Shown here: piece after piece, positions 12,474 through 22,781 of the stretch
How positions within the stretch are numbered: the stretch's first letter is position 1
How the letters are laid out: each line of letters opens with the position of its first letter
IMG/VR virus record: IMGVR_UViG_3300032219_001957
Span: 1 to 28,104 of that record
DNA length: 28,104 nucleotides
Source: a virus
Lineage: Duplodnaviria; Caudoviricetes
Reading direction: 5' to 3' (one strand)
Translations under genes and position numbers: made by a program
The notes under the pieces: generated by a model
What the model saw: only the letters and a program-made list of their open reading frames with translations
Databases searched by the model: none
What the model was told of the DNA's origin: nothing

Positions 12474-15035
12474 TTATTCTAACCAACAATCACAATTGCA
12501 CCTAGTAACCTCATCCGTTGCTTCGTCTGTGCTATATGAGGCTGGGCTTAATATTCCTGATGTATACGCAAGATTTAAATTATCTGGTATGGTATCTTTG
12601 AATTGGGATCCTGCTAGACTGCCAGGCTCTTCTACATTACCTGTATCTACGGGGTTGCCCATACCAGTAGATATTTTCGCGCCCACTAGTATGGGTTGAA
12701 TGGTATTATTACCATCTGGACCGGTACCATCACAATAAGGTCCCAAGACATTTCCACTAGTATTAGTTGTTACTAGCGATTGTATAGATCCCAGTATTGT
12801 TAGTTCTCCCAATACAGTAGTTCCTCCCTGACCACCTATATTTTGATTGGTGATATAATACTGCTCATCATTTGGATTAAAATACCCAAAAGGCTGCGGT
12901 ATAATTGTTTCATTATTATTTCGGACTTGCAAAGATCCTGGCAGGGTGAAAATAGTATTAGCATCTATATTACATCCTATACCTGGTAATACAATTCCCT
13001 TCTTTGCAGTGGGGGATGTACCATTTGACAACAGTATTTGTTGTTGTTTGGGATTTAAGTTATCGTCAATATTACTGGCAGGAGTCCCCATTTGTGCTAA
13101 TCGGTCTTTGTTGCGTTGTTCCCGCATCATTCCAATCAAGCTTTGACCACCAATGCTATTCCAATCTGCGATAGCCTCCAAAGTTTGGGCGTGCATATGC
13201 GGTAATGTGTTTTTAGACCACTCGGGTATACTATCTACAAACCCTATTTGGGCATCAGGTGAAACACCCAGATCTGGTTCTTGAGGTGAGGGGACTGGTT
13301 GTAATGCGATGGCTCTTGCTGTTTGTTCTACTGTAAGTTGAACACCGGTATTATTCCAAAGGGTGTTTAAAATCTTTGTTTTTTCTAAGTTTTTAGTAGA
13401 AATTATTGCTATTTCTGCGTTTGCTGCGGCTATCAATGCGTCTAATGCAGGCACTGGATTTAGAACTTCGACACTTATCTGATCGTAAATTGTTTTTAGG
13501 GTTTCAGTTTGTAATTCTTGAATCAACCGCTGGATATCACGCCAGGCATATGGTATTCCGGACATGCATCCAAAAAAATCGGACATAGTATAAGCCCCGT
13601 TTGGCCCCGTGCCATTGGCTACAGTTGATGCGGCTAGACTAGCCAATCCAGAATCTACTGGCTGAGATATACCTTGGAGTAAATTCAACCCCACAACAGT
13701 CTCTAAATTGGCTACTACTTGAGCAAATTTTTCAATAGGTATTTCAGTAATATTCTTAATTTGTCGCATTGAGAAACCAAAGGCACCTGCAGCGATGGCT
13801 TGATCGGTGGGTAAAATATTACCTAAATAAGAATCAAATCCTGGACGCAATTCTTGTATTATCCCCAATGCTTTTCCCAATTGAATTGGGGGAGGACCGG
13901 ATGGGGTTAGAATGCCGACTTGCTGCGCTATACTAGGACCCGACAATCTTGAACTAACACTATCGCCATCATAAATTAAATAATAAGTTTTGCTATTCGA
14001 AGGGACATCTAATATATTATATAAGGGCACTGTTAATGTTTTATACGAATTTGGAAACAATTTTTTAACATTAAGAAGGTCTGCCAGTGATTCGAGATTG
14101 GCAGTTTTACAATTTAGCGTGATACAAACATTCTTTAAATCTTCGCCAGTAATTATTAAAAACGCCCCATAGATTTTTTGTTCTTGCTCTATCGTGGGCG
14201 TACCAGAAAATATTGTTTGAATATCTAAGGTTGATAATCCGCTAGCTATAAGTGCCAATGATAATGATTGACTGACCCCGTTATATTTGTTGACTGTTTT
14301 TAAAAGTGAGGATGGTAATCCAAAAGATGAAATAGTTGATAAATCTATGCTTTTACCTGTGGCGATTAAATCTTGCCCAAATTGAACTGTTGCCAAACTA
14401 ACACCCGTTACATCGCCTGTAATCATGTCGTTCATATTACTAAAACTGCCCTCAGCGAAAGTAGTGCTATTAGCAATTGCATTTATGCTAGAATTTGTTG
14501 CTTGTGTGAATCCCGTTACCTGTGAGAAGACCGTGCAAAAATTTTTGTATTCTGCGTTAGAAGTCTGTAATCCATTCCAATTAAACTCATTCCATGCTTG
14601 TAACGCAAACATCCTAATCCAACCCCATTGCGTAAACGAACCAGTGGGTGCAGATGGATCTCCTTGCCAAGGTAACCATGAGGCAGTGATACCCTGTGGG
14701 CTTCCTGTATTAGTATTACCATTGAAGGTATATGTAGATGGGGGTGTATTGCCCAATGCAGGAATACTATTTGCCCCAATGCTTAGTAGTTTATTATAAG
14801 TGATAGCATCAATTAACACATTATTATAGGCGGCATTTATTGCGTCAGTTAATTTATCTAGCACAGTGGCAGCTATCACACTGCCCTTTGTGTAGATAGA
14901 GTAATCTTTGCTGATACCGACGAATGATTGTGCCACAGAATTTATTTGTATGGGCGACCTTGGATCGGTTGAGGGTAGCATCAGCGATCCCAATAAATTT
15001 ATTCCCAATGCGCTTTGTTTGCCGGTATCACTCAT
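12474..15035 (-). CDS. large hypothetical protein, probably virion/baseplate structural (ATG 15035 preferred)
   Basis: ~850 aa, S/T/G/N-rich; ATGA overlap with the PAAR gene stop. Confidence 0.7.
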   Translation of the reverse strand: MSDTGKQSALGINLLGSLMLPSTDPRSPIQINSVAQSFVGISKDYSIYTKGSVIAATVLDKLTDAINAAYNNVLIDAITYNKLLSIGANSIPALGNTPPSTYTFNGNTNTGSPQGITASWLPWQGDPSAPTGSFTQWGWIRMFALQAWNEFNWNGLQTSNAEYKNFCTVFSQVTGFTQATNSSINAIANSTTFAEGSFSNMNDMITGDVTGVSLATVQFGQDLIATGKSIDLSTISSFGLPSSLLKTVNKYNGVSQSLSLALIASGLSTLDIQTIFSGTPTIEQEQKIYGAFLIITGEDLKNVCITLNCKTANLESLADLLNVKKLFPNSYKTLTVPLYNILDVPSNSKTYYLIYDGDSVSSRLSGPSIAQQVGILTPSGPPPIQLGKALGIIQELRPGFDSYLGNILPTDQAIAAGAFGFSMRQIKNITEIPIEKFAQVVANLETVVGLNLLQGISQPVDSGLASLAASTVANGTGPNGAYTMSDFFGCMSGIPYAWRDIQRLIQELQTETLKTIYDQISVEVLNPVPALDALIAAANAEIAIISTKNLEKTKILNTLWNNTGVQLTVEQTARAIALQPVPSPQEPDLGVSPDAQIGFVDSIPEWSKNTLPHMHAQTLEAIADWNSIGGQSLIGMMREQRNKDRLAQMGTPASNIDDNLNPKQQQILLSNGTSPTAKKGIVLPGIGCNIDANTIFTLPGSLQVRNNNETIIPQPFGYFNPNDEQYYITNQNIGGQGGTTVLGELTILGSIQSLVTTNTSGNVLGPYCDGTGPDGNNTIQPILVGAKISTGMGNPVDTGNVEEPGSLAGSQFKDTIPDNLNLAYTSGILSPASYSTDEATDEVTRCNCDCWLE

Positions 15036-15319
15036 TTCACGAAAATATCCGGGCTGCCTGTAGTGATAGGGTGCCCACAACTTACACCTGATCCCACGTA
15101 TAACACAGGGCTACCATCAGCAAACACAGTGCTACTACCTTTAGTAGTTTTAGCGTCTTTGTGTGGTTGGTGTCTTTTGCTAGGTTTCCATGGATGATGA
15201 GGGGTTATTTCGCTCACATGTAACCCCACTGGCTTACCGTTGGCAAACACTGTGGGGGCACCTTTTTTAATTTTGCCCCCAGCTGAATTGGTATCTCCTT
15301 TACGGGATAGTGCTGGCAT
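15032..15319 (-). CDS. PAAR-repeat spike tip protein (T4 gp5.4-like)
   Basis: MPALSRKGD...GAPTVFANGKPV...GSSTVFADGSPV...CGHPITTGSPDIFV. Confidence 0.92.
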   Translation of the reverse strand: MPALSRKGDTNSAGGKIKKGAPTVFANGKPVGLHVSEITPHHPWKPSKRHQPHKDAKTTKGSSTVFADGSPVLYVGSGVSCGHPITTGSPDIFVK

Positions 15320-15321
15320 AT

Positions 15322-15627
15322 TTAACCTAAAATCAATTTCTTTTCGGGTACAGTCAACCCAGTCGTGGCTTCTAAATATTTTAGCTTTACTGGGTCATCT
15401 GTTTCTGCGATAAAGTTTATGTTATTAGTATTTAGTCTAACTTTTTTGCCTGGCTCAGCGGTAAACAATGCTGGCACTAAACCAATACCTTTGGGCCCCT
15501 GTCCAATAGCAACTGGTTCTTCTATAACTAGAAAGTCGCCCTCTTGCGCTATTATTTTTGCGATAATTTCCTCACCCGAAGACATTTTGAGAGTGAGTAC
15601 TTGATTTGCTGTGAATGTAATTTCCAT
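15322..15627 (-). CDS. conserved phage protein, possible Sm-like fold
   Basis: LTLKMSSGEEIIAKI N-terminal motif and KYLEATTGLTVP C-terminus, as I recall from T4-like phage small proteins. Confidence 0.65.
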   Translation of the reverse strand: MEITFTANQVLTLKMSSGEEIIAKIIAQEGDFLVIEEPVAIGQGPKGIGLVPALFTAEPGKKVRLNTNNINFIAETDDPVKLKYLEATTGLTVPEKKLILG

Positions 15628-15628
15628 A

Positions 15629-15862
15629 TTATTTCCTATTGGGTAGCAGTGTATTTAATAGCTCCATATAACCCCCAATATATTTTCCATCAAGGAATAT
15701 TTGGGGTACTGTTCTTGCTGTAGGCACGTCCTCCAGCAATTGTTCTTTGGTCCAAAGTTCCCCAATTTGCCTTTCTTCATATTGAATATCATTGCTTTCT
15801 AATAATGCTTTAGCCTTGACGCAATATACACAATTTTCTTTACTCCAAACTACTGTATTCAT
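15629..15862 (-). CDS. glutaredoxin
   Basis: CVYC active site, TVPQIFLDGKYIGGY. Confidence 0.95.
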   Translation of the reverse strand: MNTVVWSKENCVYCVKAKALLESNDIQYEERQIGELWTKEQLLEDVPTARTVPQIFLDGKYIGGYMELLNTLLPNRK

Positions 15863-16022
15863 ATATTCTCCTAAATTTTGTTAATCAGAATCGTTTTCAA
15901 ACATCTTTTCTAGTTTTTTGATTTCTTCGGTCCAAGCATCAAACGAAGTAGCTAATCCTTTACGGCGCATTTCACATGGGTATTATGGCTCATCGTTAAT
16001 CTTACTTGCACACGCACAAAAA

Positions 16023-17126
16023 TTAAATGTTGGGTAATTCATTATAATTTAACTCAGCCGACATTGCACCAATAACATAGCTCGTGGATTCCGTCTCTTG
16101 GAGCGCGGCCTGCTTATTGGAACTATTCAAATGCTTATTGAACCAAGGTATAGGGGTTGTTTTTGGTGCTGGTTGATTATATCTTACACCTATAGCTTTA
16201 AGTGCTGCATTGGCAGTATAATCTACAAAATCTCTAAGAATGCTCGCGTTTAATCCAATAACAGGGCCCTTTTTAAATAAGTAATCTGCCCATTGTTTTT
16301 CTTCATTAATAACATCCATGTATAGTTGATATACTTCTTGATCACATTCTTGTTTAGCTTTAATAAACCTAGGATCTTCTTTGACTACTTGGTTAATCAA
16401 GAATCCAGTCCATTCTTTATGGAGAATTTCATCCTGTAGAATTAAGCTTATAATATTACCATTACCAATAAATATTTTGTTCTCGACCATTGCTAGACTA
16501 GTAGCAAAGCTTACCATAAAGCGGAACGCTTCTAGCGCATAACTAGCATTGAGTGCTAGCCAAATAGCTTTTATATGCTCATGTTCACTTACTAATAGTT
16601 CTCCAATTTCTTTTTGGCAATTTAGTTTGTGTAAATAATCATAGTATTTTCCCACTGAACTTGCCATTTCTACAATTTCAGTTGTATCGTGAATAGTATT
16701 GAATACTTCTTTGGGTACATTATAGATATTACGAATAATGTGACTATAGCTACGGCTGTGAATATTCGTTTCAAAAAAAGTCCAGTTGTATACTAGTGCT
16801 TCTAGTTCCGGAAGACTAATAACTGGTGTAAAAATTTGGCTGGGCCCTCGACCTTGCAAACTATCTAATGCAGTTTGTCTAAGTAGATTACTAGTAAATA
16901 TGTGTTTTACTGCATCACTAGCATCTTTAAAGTCGGATGAATCTTTAGTCAGGCCGATTTCTTCCGGAATCCAAAAGAACCCCCTGGCTGTTTGCTCAAA
17001 GTCGGCAATTCTGGGGTATCGAACCTCTTCGAACCGTTGGATTGTGACCGGCCCGGCTGGATCTAAGAACATCTTACGACTTAAATAGTCAGTCTTTGTT
17101 GCTAAGTTATACTGTTGTTTTGACAT
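16023..17126 (-). CDS. nrdB: class Ia ribonucleotide reductase beta subunit
   Basis: FFWIPEEI, QTALDSLQGR, ETNIHSRSY (radical Tyr), LEAFRFMVSF, DEILH, QETESTSY. Confidence 0.97.
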   Translation of the reverse strand: MSKQQYNLATKTDYLSRKMFLDPAGPVTIQRFEEVRYPRIADFEQTARGFFWIPEEIGLTKDSSDFKDASDAVKHIFTSNLLRQTALDSLQGRGPSQIFTPVISLPELEALVYNWTFFETNIHSRSYSHIIRNIYNVPKEVFNTIHDTTEIVEMASSVGKYYDYLHKLNCQKEIGELLVSEHEHIKAIWLALNASYALEAFRFMVSFATSLAMVENKIFIGNGNIISLILQDEILHKEWTGFLINQVVKEDPRFIKAKQECDQEVYQLYMDVINEEKQWADYLFKKGPVIGLNASILRDFVDYTANAALKAIGVRYNQPAPKTTPIPWFNKHLNSSNKQAALQETESTSYVIGAMSAELNYNELPNI

Positions 17127-17187
17127 TTTGATTCCTCATTAATTTATATCTTGCTGGGAAATTCCCACACGACTAAGATCGCGCGGT

Positions 17188-17814
17188 TCATAGTAATCCC
17201 GGTATTAGTTCCCTCATCCGGCGTGTATTAAAATAGCTTCTAGTTTCAGCTAACATTTCTCCCGATTCAGACAACACATATTGGTATCTTTTAAAATCCG
17301 TATTGTCTAATTCAAAATAGCTATCCATTTCTTCTTTTGTTTTAAAAGTCTTAAAAGATTTTCCAGCGGATTCACGGTCGTATACTGATACATTTAGTCC
17401 CATAGAAAATAATCTATCCCAAATTTGTTTTCCTTCGTCACTCAAAGATTCATCACTCAATAATCGTATACTTTTTGTTTTATTATCTCGTAAAATAAAT
17501 TGGTACAATTCGCTAGCATAAGGAGACTTTCCTCTGTATCTTGGATTCTTTCCTGTTAACCTAACAATAAGCCCCTGGGGTTTTTTATCTAGCTCTACTC
17601 CCAATAATATAGTACCATTTTTATCTTCATGCCAATAAGTCAGGGTTTGCGATAAATCAATTTTTTTAATACCGTTTCCTAAATCTGCGGGCACTGCCCC
17701 ATTATTAACTAAATCTTTGATGTTGTATTCTAGCATGTCATAGGTATCGAATGATCCCAATCCCGTTGGCATTTCTGTTAACCAAGTTTCATTGAAATCT
17801 ATTCTTGACGTCAT
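17188..17814 (-). CDS. hypothetical phage protein
   Basis: 208-aa ORF abutting the upstream gene; LLSDESLSDEGKQIW motif. Confidence 0.75.
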   Translation of the reverse strand: MTSRIDFNETWLTEMPTGLGSFDTYDMLEYNIKDLVNNGAVPADLGNGIKKIDLSQTLTYWHEDKNGTILLGVELDKKPQGLIVRLTGKNPRYRGKSPYASELYQFILRDNKTKSIRLLSDESLSDEGKQIWDRLFSMGLNVSVYDRESAGKSFKTFKTKEEMDSYFELDNTDFKRYQYVLSESGEMLAETRSYFNTRRMRELIPGLL

Positions 17815-18465
17815 TTAATATTTTCCTGATGCTAAAACTATACGACAAACATGTTCAAGCCGTTCTAGGTGTTCATAAGCACGCCATGGACTAGTATCTA
17901 TAGAAACAACGCCGTGGCCCTTGATACCTACGATATCATATAGCATATTTCCATCTGAGTCAAGTCCCAAATGTTCATGGCATTTGGTACCCAATTCTTC
18001 AGATATTGGTGCTACTACACCCACACTGGGTGCTACTCGGGTATACCGACTTAGTTCTGGAAAGTCATTGACCAATTCATCTAGTTTTATTCCCGCGTGC
18101 ATAGCAGCAACAATATATGTTGGATGAAGGTGAACTACAACCCGTATATCATTGCTTCCCATTTCTTTTTGTAATCCAAAGTGTAGGGGCAATTCACCAC
18201 TGGGCTTTAAGTTTTTGCTGATATCAGTATACGGCATTTCATTACAAGTATAATTGAAATTTGCAGTGCCCATTCCGCTTCGTATAGTCCGGCTAATCCC
18301 AATTTTTTTAAATTGGTCGGGTTGTAGGGTTTGCTTTCTAACACCACTGGGGGTTATATAGAAATAATCATGGGCTCGGTCGCGCATGCTGATATTACCA
18401 TCACGGCTAGTAATCCAATTTCTATTGTAAGCGTCGGTTAATATTTCGCAAATCGTTTCTAGCAT
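17815..18465 (-). CDS. class II aldolase/adducin family protein (intact copy)
   Basis: SRDGNIS, ITPSG, PSGELPLH, VVHLHP, GHGVV...LERLEH. Confidence 0.92.
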   Translation of the reverse strand: MLETICEILTDAYNRNWITSRDGNISMRDRAHDYFYITPSGVRKQTLQPDQFKKIGISRTIRSGMGTANFNYTCNEMPYTDISKNLKPSGELPLHFGLQKEMGSNDIRVVVHLHPTYIVAAMHAGIKLDELVNDFPELSRYTRVAPSVGVVAPISEELGTKCHEHLGLDSDGNMLYDIVGIKGHGVVSIDTSPWRAYEHLERLEHVCRIVLASGKY

Positions 18466-18861
18466 TATGTAGTCCTCAAGATAGTTATCATACGTTTAGC
18501 AAGCTCTTGGAACCATTGAGCATCATGTCCCCTAGTAGTTTCGGCAGCTACTCCAATACGCACGCCGGATGTTTCTACAAAACTCCTAGTCTCACCTGGA
18601 ACTCCATTCTTGTTAACTGTAATACCGTGTGTTTCAAGTAAATCCGCATATTGTCGACCACTTAGGTGTTCTTTACGAAGGTCTAACGTAAACATATGCG
18701 ATTTAGTTCCACCACTTACCACATCAACCCCTGTATCCAAAAAAGTCTGTGCCATTGCTTGCGCGTTAATCTTAATTTGTTTTGCGTATAATTTGAAATC
18801 AGGTTGTAGTGCTTCATAAAAGCACTGTGCTTTGGCTGCAATTACATTCATCAATGGCCAC
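18465..18861 (-). pseudogene. glyA: serine hydroxymethyltransferase C-terminal fragment
   Basis: PLMNVIAAKAQCFYEA...VVSGGTKSHMFTLDLR...ITVNKNGVP..TSGVRIG; N-terminal PLP-binding domain absent. Confidence 0.88.
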
Positions 18862-19419
18862 AACCCCATGTCCCTTGATACCTACAATATCAAATTTGAT
18901 ATTGCCTGCTGAGTCTAATTCCAAATTGCAATGACATGCATCAGCAAGTTCTTGACTGATGGGTGCTACATCTCCTACATTGGGTGCTACCCTTGTGTAA
19001 CGATTGAGTTCTGGAAAACTATCACTGATTGTACTCAAATCAATACCAGCATGCATGGCTGCAATACAATAGGTCGGATGAACATGCACAACTACTCGTA
19101 CATCATCCTTGTGTTGCCCCATTTCTTTTTGCAGTCCAAAGTGTAGTGGAAGTTCTCCCCTAGGCTTTAGATTTTTGCTAATATCAGTATACACTAATTC
19201 TTTGCTTACATGATATGATCGAGGAGGTTGGTCATAGTAACCTTTCTCAATGCCAATCTTTTTGAATTGATCCGGTTGCATTGTCTGCTTACGCACGCCC
19301 GACGGTGTGATATAGAAGTGATCACGGTCGTGATGACGAATAGAGATGTTGCCATCTCTACTGGTTATCCAATTGCGTTTGTACGCATCGACTAATATAT
19401 CACAACAGGTTTCTAACAT
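18814..19419 (-). pseudogene. class II aldolase/adducin family protein, C-terminally truncated paralog
   Basis: Aligns with 17815..18465 up to GHGVVAID, then runs out of frame into the glyA sequence. Confidence 0.82.
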
Positions 19420-19617
19420 TTAATTGTTCCAGTGTCTAATTGTGTTGGCTATAATGAAGCCGCAGGTTATAACATGTATTATAACCCAAAATGTTTTGAA
19501 AAACAAGGCTATTCGGGCTTCTCGCAAAGTGAGGATTGGCACATCTGGGCGGTCATGATCGGACTCACCCATCAAGTGCCCAGTGGCCCGGGCCCAGCTC
19601 TTTTCTACGCTGTTCAT
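19420..19617 (-). CDS. small hypothetical membrane protein
   Basis: 65 aa, hydrophobic C-terminal helix, ATGA coupling to upstream HNH. Confidence 0.75.
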   Translation of the reverse strand: MNSVEKSWARATGHLMGESDHDRPDVPILTLREARIALFFKTFWVIIHVITCGFIIANTIRHWNN

Positions 19618-20345
19618 TTGTTTCCTTTAAATTCTTTACATCTATCAAAATGGAATCGTTTCATTGCCGGACCTCTTCCTTCTTTATCACAATGCGGGCA
19701 AGTTAATTTGTACTTTTTAACCCCATCTAATCGACTTTTCCTTGGTGGTATAGATTCTACAAAATCATACCGAATTTGTTTACCTTTGCAATGTGTAAAT
19801 TTTTTCTCAGCAGTGTATTTCACATTAGATGCACTAGTTTGTAAATCTGTTGCACAATCTGTTAGCGTTGCATACTCTTTATAAAAACTACCATCTAAAT
19901 GGTAAGCATAAACTTTTACACCAACTAATTCAATCATTGCTTTTTTACAAGACACTGACCTTTGTGCATTAGATTCTATTGTATGTTTTTTACCTGCCAT
20001 TCCCCTTGGGTGCCCATGTATTCTTTGATATTCTTTCATTTGAGTTGACATGGCTAATACACATTGTTTTCTCAACCAACCAAATAACTTATTGTTAATT
20101 CTTACGTTAGTGTGATGCGTCGTCATTAATTGAGTAGCATAAATCAAATCTCTATTCCCTGGATACATTTTAATCAACAGTTGATGTGCTAAAAAATGTT
20201 CTTCTGGAGTAAGAATAGCAATATTACTTGTATCATCTGCACCTCCAAGACATCTTGGAACAATATGATGCTTTTCAACATATCCATCTAACATTCTATT
20301 GCGACTGCGGTCAACTAATTTGTCATAGTGCTTTTTATAATTCAT
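19614..20345 (-). CDS. HNH homing endonuclease (ATG 20345 preferred)
   Basis: EKHHIVPRCLGGADD..NIAILTPEEHFLAH; NUMOD1-like VYAYHLDGSFYKEY; C-terminal CPHC. Confidence 0.92.
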   Translation of the reverse strand: MNYKKHYDKLVDRSRNRMLDGYVEKHHIVPRCLGGADDTSNIAILTPEEHFLAHQLLIKMYPGNRDLIYATQLMTTHHTNVRINNKLFGWLRKQCVLAMSTQMKEYQRIHGHPRGMAGKKHTIESNAQRSVSCKKAMIELVGVKVYAYHLDGSFYKEYATLTDCATDLQTSASNVKYTAEKKFTHCKGKQIRYDFVESIPPRKSRLDGVKKYKLTCPHCDKEGRGPAMKRFHFDRCKEFKGNK

Positions 20346-20387
20346 ACTATTATTTATCATAAAACAATAATATTTACTATTTGCTTA

Positions 20388-21476
20388 TTAAAGTTTGCAC
20401 GACTCGCAGCCATCTTCCTCGTCAAAATTAATAGGCTCTAGTGTTTCAGATGGGTAATCTTCTTTAAGTGATTTACTTCCTTGTTTATTCACCAAACTGT
20501 AATAGAAGGTCTTGATTCCGAGACGATGTGCTTCCATTAGGTTTTTAGCGATTAGGGTAGTTGGTATTTTACGGTCCGGAAAATGTGCTGGATTATAAAA
20601 AGTATTCACCGAAATACTTTGATCAACATAGGCCGCTAACACAGCCGCTGTTTTCAAATAATCAGCACAGTCCTTTTGGTCCCACATTAATTGATACTTT
20701 GATTTCAATTTATGATACTCAGGAACTACTTGTACAAATGATCCTGCTTTGCTTTCTTTTACTGAAATCAAAGACATCGGCATTTCTATACCGTTAGTCG
20801 AGTTAATAACTACTGAGGAACTTTCCACGGGCGCGATAGCGGAATTTGTAGCATTACGTACCCCTGATATTATCATGCGGGCCCGCAGAGGCTCCCAATC
20901 TAATTCCGGAGTAAAATCGGCTAAGTCATTGACCCCGTTGGCGCGTAGTTCCCAGGGAAAAATACCCTTACCATATCTAGTTTGGTCACTATTCAAACAT
21001 TTTCCCCGTTCTTCGGCAAGTTCAACAGACATTTCAGTCAAATAAAAGGTTTGATGTTCCATCCAAGATTTTACTTCTTGAAGTGAGTCTTGATTCCCAT
21101 ATTTTAGGCCCCGCTTGGCATGCCAATACGCCAAATTAGTAACTCCAATGCCCAATGGACGAATCTCATCATTGCTTAATTTAGACTGGATAGATAAGAA
21201 ATCTTGATAATCAAGTATGTTATTGAGGCTACGGTGTAAGATTCTACAGGCTCGGCGCATATCTTCTGGGTGTCTAAAACTCCCCCAATTAATGCTTCCC
21301 AATGTACATAGGGATATTCGGCCGGTATCATCATCTAATCTTTTAAAACTTTTTGTGGGCAAAAGTATCTCGCAATTATGGACAAGAATGTTGTCGGCAA
21401 AGAAACACTTTGTTTCAGGGACTGATATGTCAAATACATCAGTTGGCTCTACTGCAATCTTTCTAATTTTAATCAT
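20388..21476 (-). CDS. nrdA: NrdA part 3: IntC2 (21476..21375, 34 aa) + C-terminal extein
   Basis: VFDISV..FFADNILVHN|CEILLP; LGIGVTNLA, APVESSS, KTFYY, terminal CESCKL. Confidence 0.95.
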   Translation of the reverse strand: MIKIRKIAVEPTDVFDISVPETKCFFADNILVHNCEILLPTKSFKRLDDDTGRISLCTLGSINWGSFRHPEDMRRACRILHRSLNNILDYQDFLSIQSKLSNDEIRPLGIGVTNLAYWHAKRGLKYGNQDSLQEVKSWMEHQTFYLTEMSVELAEERGKCLNSDQTRYGKGIFPWELRANGVNDLADFTPELDWEPLRARMIISGVRNATNSAIAPVESSSVVINSTNGIEMPMSLISVKESKAGSFVQVVPEYHKLKSKYQLMWDQKDCADYLKTAAVLAAYVDQSISVNTFYNPAHFPDRKIPTTLIAKNLMEAHRLGIKTFYYSLVNKQGSKSLKEDYPSETLEPINFDEEDGCESCKL

Positions 21477-21610
21477 ACGCTAATTCTTCCTAATTTGTAT
21501 TCTGAATTGTTTTTACAAAATTCTTCTTCGTTAGTAACCCTAACATTTTTTTCGCCGTTGTTATACCAACGATGTTTTGATGAGTGTTCGGCTGCAATTT
21601 TTCTTTGTTC
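21473..21610 (-). pseudogene. C-terminal remnant of a homing endonuclease
   Basis: Startless frame EQRKIAAEHSSKHRWYNNGEKNVRV...YKLGRISV; its TGA overlaps the nrdA part 3 ATG. Confidence 0.7.
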
Positions 21611-21611
21611 A

Positions 21612-22781
21612 TTATTTTTCAATACATAACTCGTCAGTTTCTACTAATTCATCAGCCCTAACATATCCTCTGTTCTTAGTGAAGACCCGATGATCGCCTG
21701 TGCAGCGTAAAACATTCCCAGTTTCGTCTTCAATCTCGTATAGTTCAGTAACTGACTTTGTTTTGATTGCCGCAGACACATTTTCCCAGGAAACTTCGCC
21801 GTTCTTAAAACTTTTAATTTTTGAGTTAGTCAGGGCTCCTAGCTCAAATCTCTCAACGGCACTAGACATAGACATTTGTTCAATGTCTCCATTCTCGTGC
21901 TGGAAAGTAATTTGTGTATCACCGGTTACACAACAAAGATTACTTTGGTATATAGGATCAACCTTCGTATCAAATGGGCCCTGTCGCTGAACATTGTCGA
22001 TATATGTTAAATATATTCTACCTGTGTCAGTTCTTTCTTTTAGTATTCCGCCCTTGAATACTTCCTCAGCACTCATTGTTTTCTTTCGAATATCAGTGCG
22101 TTTTTCGTATGTTACATATAGGGTCTCAAATAAATCAATGTCGCTATAAAATGCCTCATACAGGTCAGGAACTTCATTGGGATCAAAGAATGTAATATTA
22201 CCTTGCTCTTTGAACCTGCGCCAAAAGAATGCTGATAATACTACATTATAGTCCATGTGCCTAACACGAGTTTCCTCAGTACCTTGATTATTCTTTAATA
22301 CAATCAAATCATCAAACTGGTAATGCCAGATGGGATAGGTAATTGTTGCGCTAGCATTACGAATACCACCTTGGGAGTTGTGAGTTAACACCATAGGGCC
22401 TTCGGCGCTTGCCGAGGCAAAGAAAGTATGAGTATCTTCTACTGTGATATCAATATATCCCAGATCGTTTTGTTGATTGGTATGAGCAACCAATAATTTA
22501 GTGAATCCAATTTCTGTGAGCACCCGATCTTCTACTGTAAGTTCCTGTGGTTTCTTTTGTACGAAGGAACCTGAATCTGACCAAACCATTATAGGATGAT
22601 TAATCGAACAGTTCAGTATTACTCCGTTTTGAAATTCCAATCGAACTTGATCATCATGTTTGACGATAGTGTCCCATTTGTTAGTGACTTCTTTAAAGAC
22701 AACAAACCCCTTCTCAGTCATAGTTTTAATCTTCATGCCCACTACTAGGTCTTTAATTTGAATCTTTTTAGTTTTTGCCAT
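21612..22781 (-). CDS. nrdA: NrdA part 2: IntC1 (22781..22377, 135 aa) + middle extein + IntN2 (21932..21612, 106 aa)
   Basis: YIDITVEDTHTFF..VLTHN|SQGGIRN...YQSNLC|CVTGDT...CTGDHRVFTKNRGYV. Confidence 0.95.
   Translation of the reverse strand: MAKTKKIQIKDLVVGMKIKTMTEKGFVVFKEVTNKWDTIVKHDDQVRLEFQNGVILNCSINHPIMVWSDSGSFVQKKPQELTVEDRVLTEIGFTKLLVAHTNQQNDLGYIDITVEDTHTFFASASAEGPMVLTHNSQGGIRNASATITYPIWHYQFDDLIVLKNNQGTEETRVRHMDYNVVLSAFFWRRFKEQGNITFFDPNEVPDLYEAFYSDIDLFETLYVTYEKRTDIRKKTMSAEEVFKGGILKERTDTGRIYLTYIDNVQRQGPFDTKVDPIYQSNLCCVTGDTQITFQHENGDIEQMSMSSAVERFELGALTNSKIKSFKNGEVSWENVSAAIKTKSVTELYEIEDETGNVLRCTGDHRVFTKNRGYVRADELVETDELCIEK

Noticed and set aside
15881-16022. Small Cys-containing ORF remnant FCACASKINDEP-stop-YPCEMRRKG
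   Set aside because: In-frame stop and no clear start; probably a decayed small gene, too weak to call.
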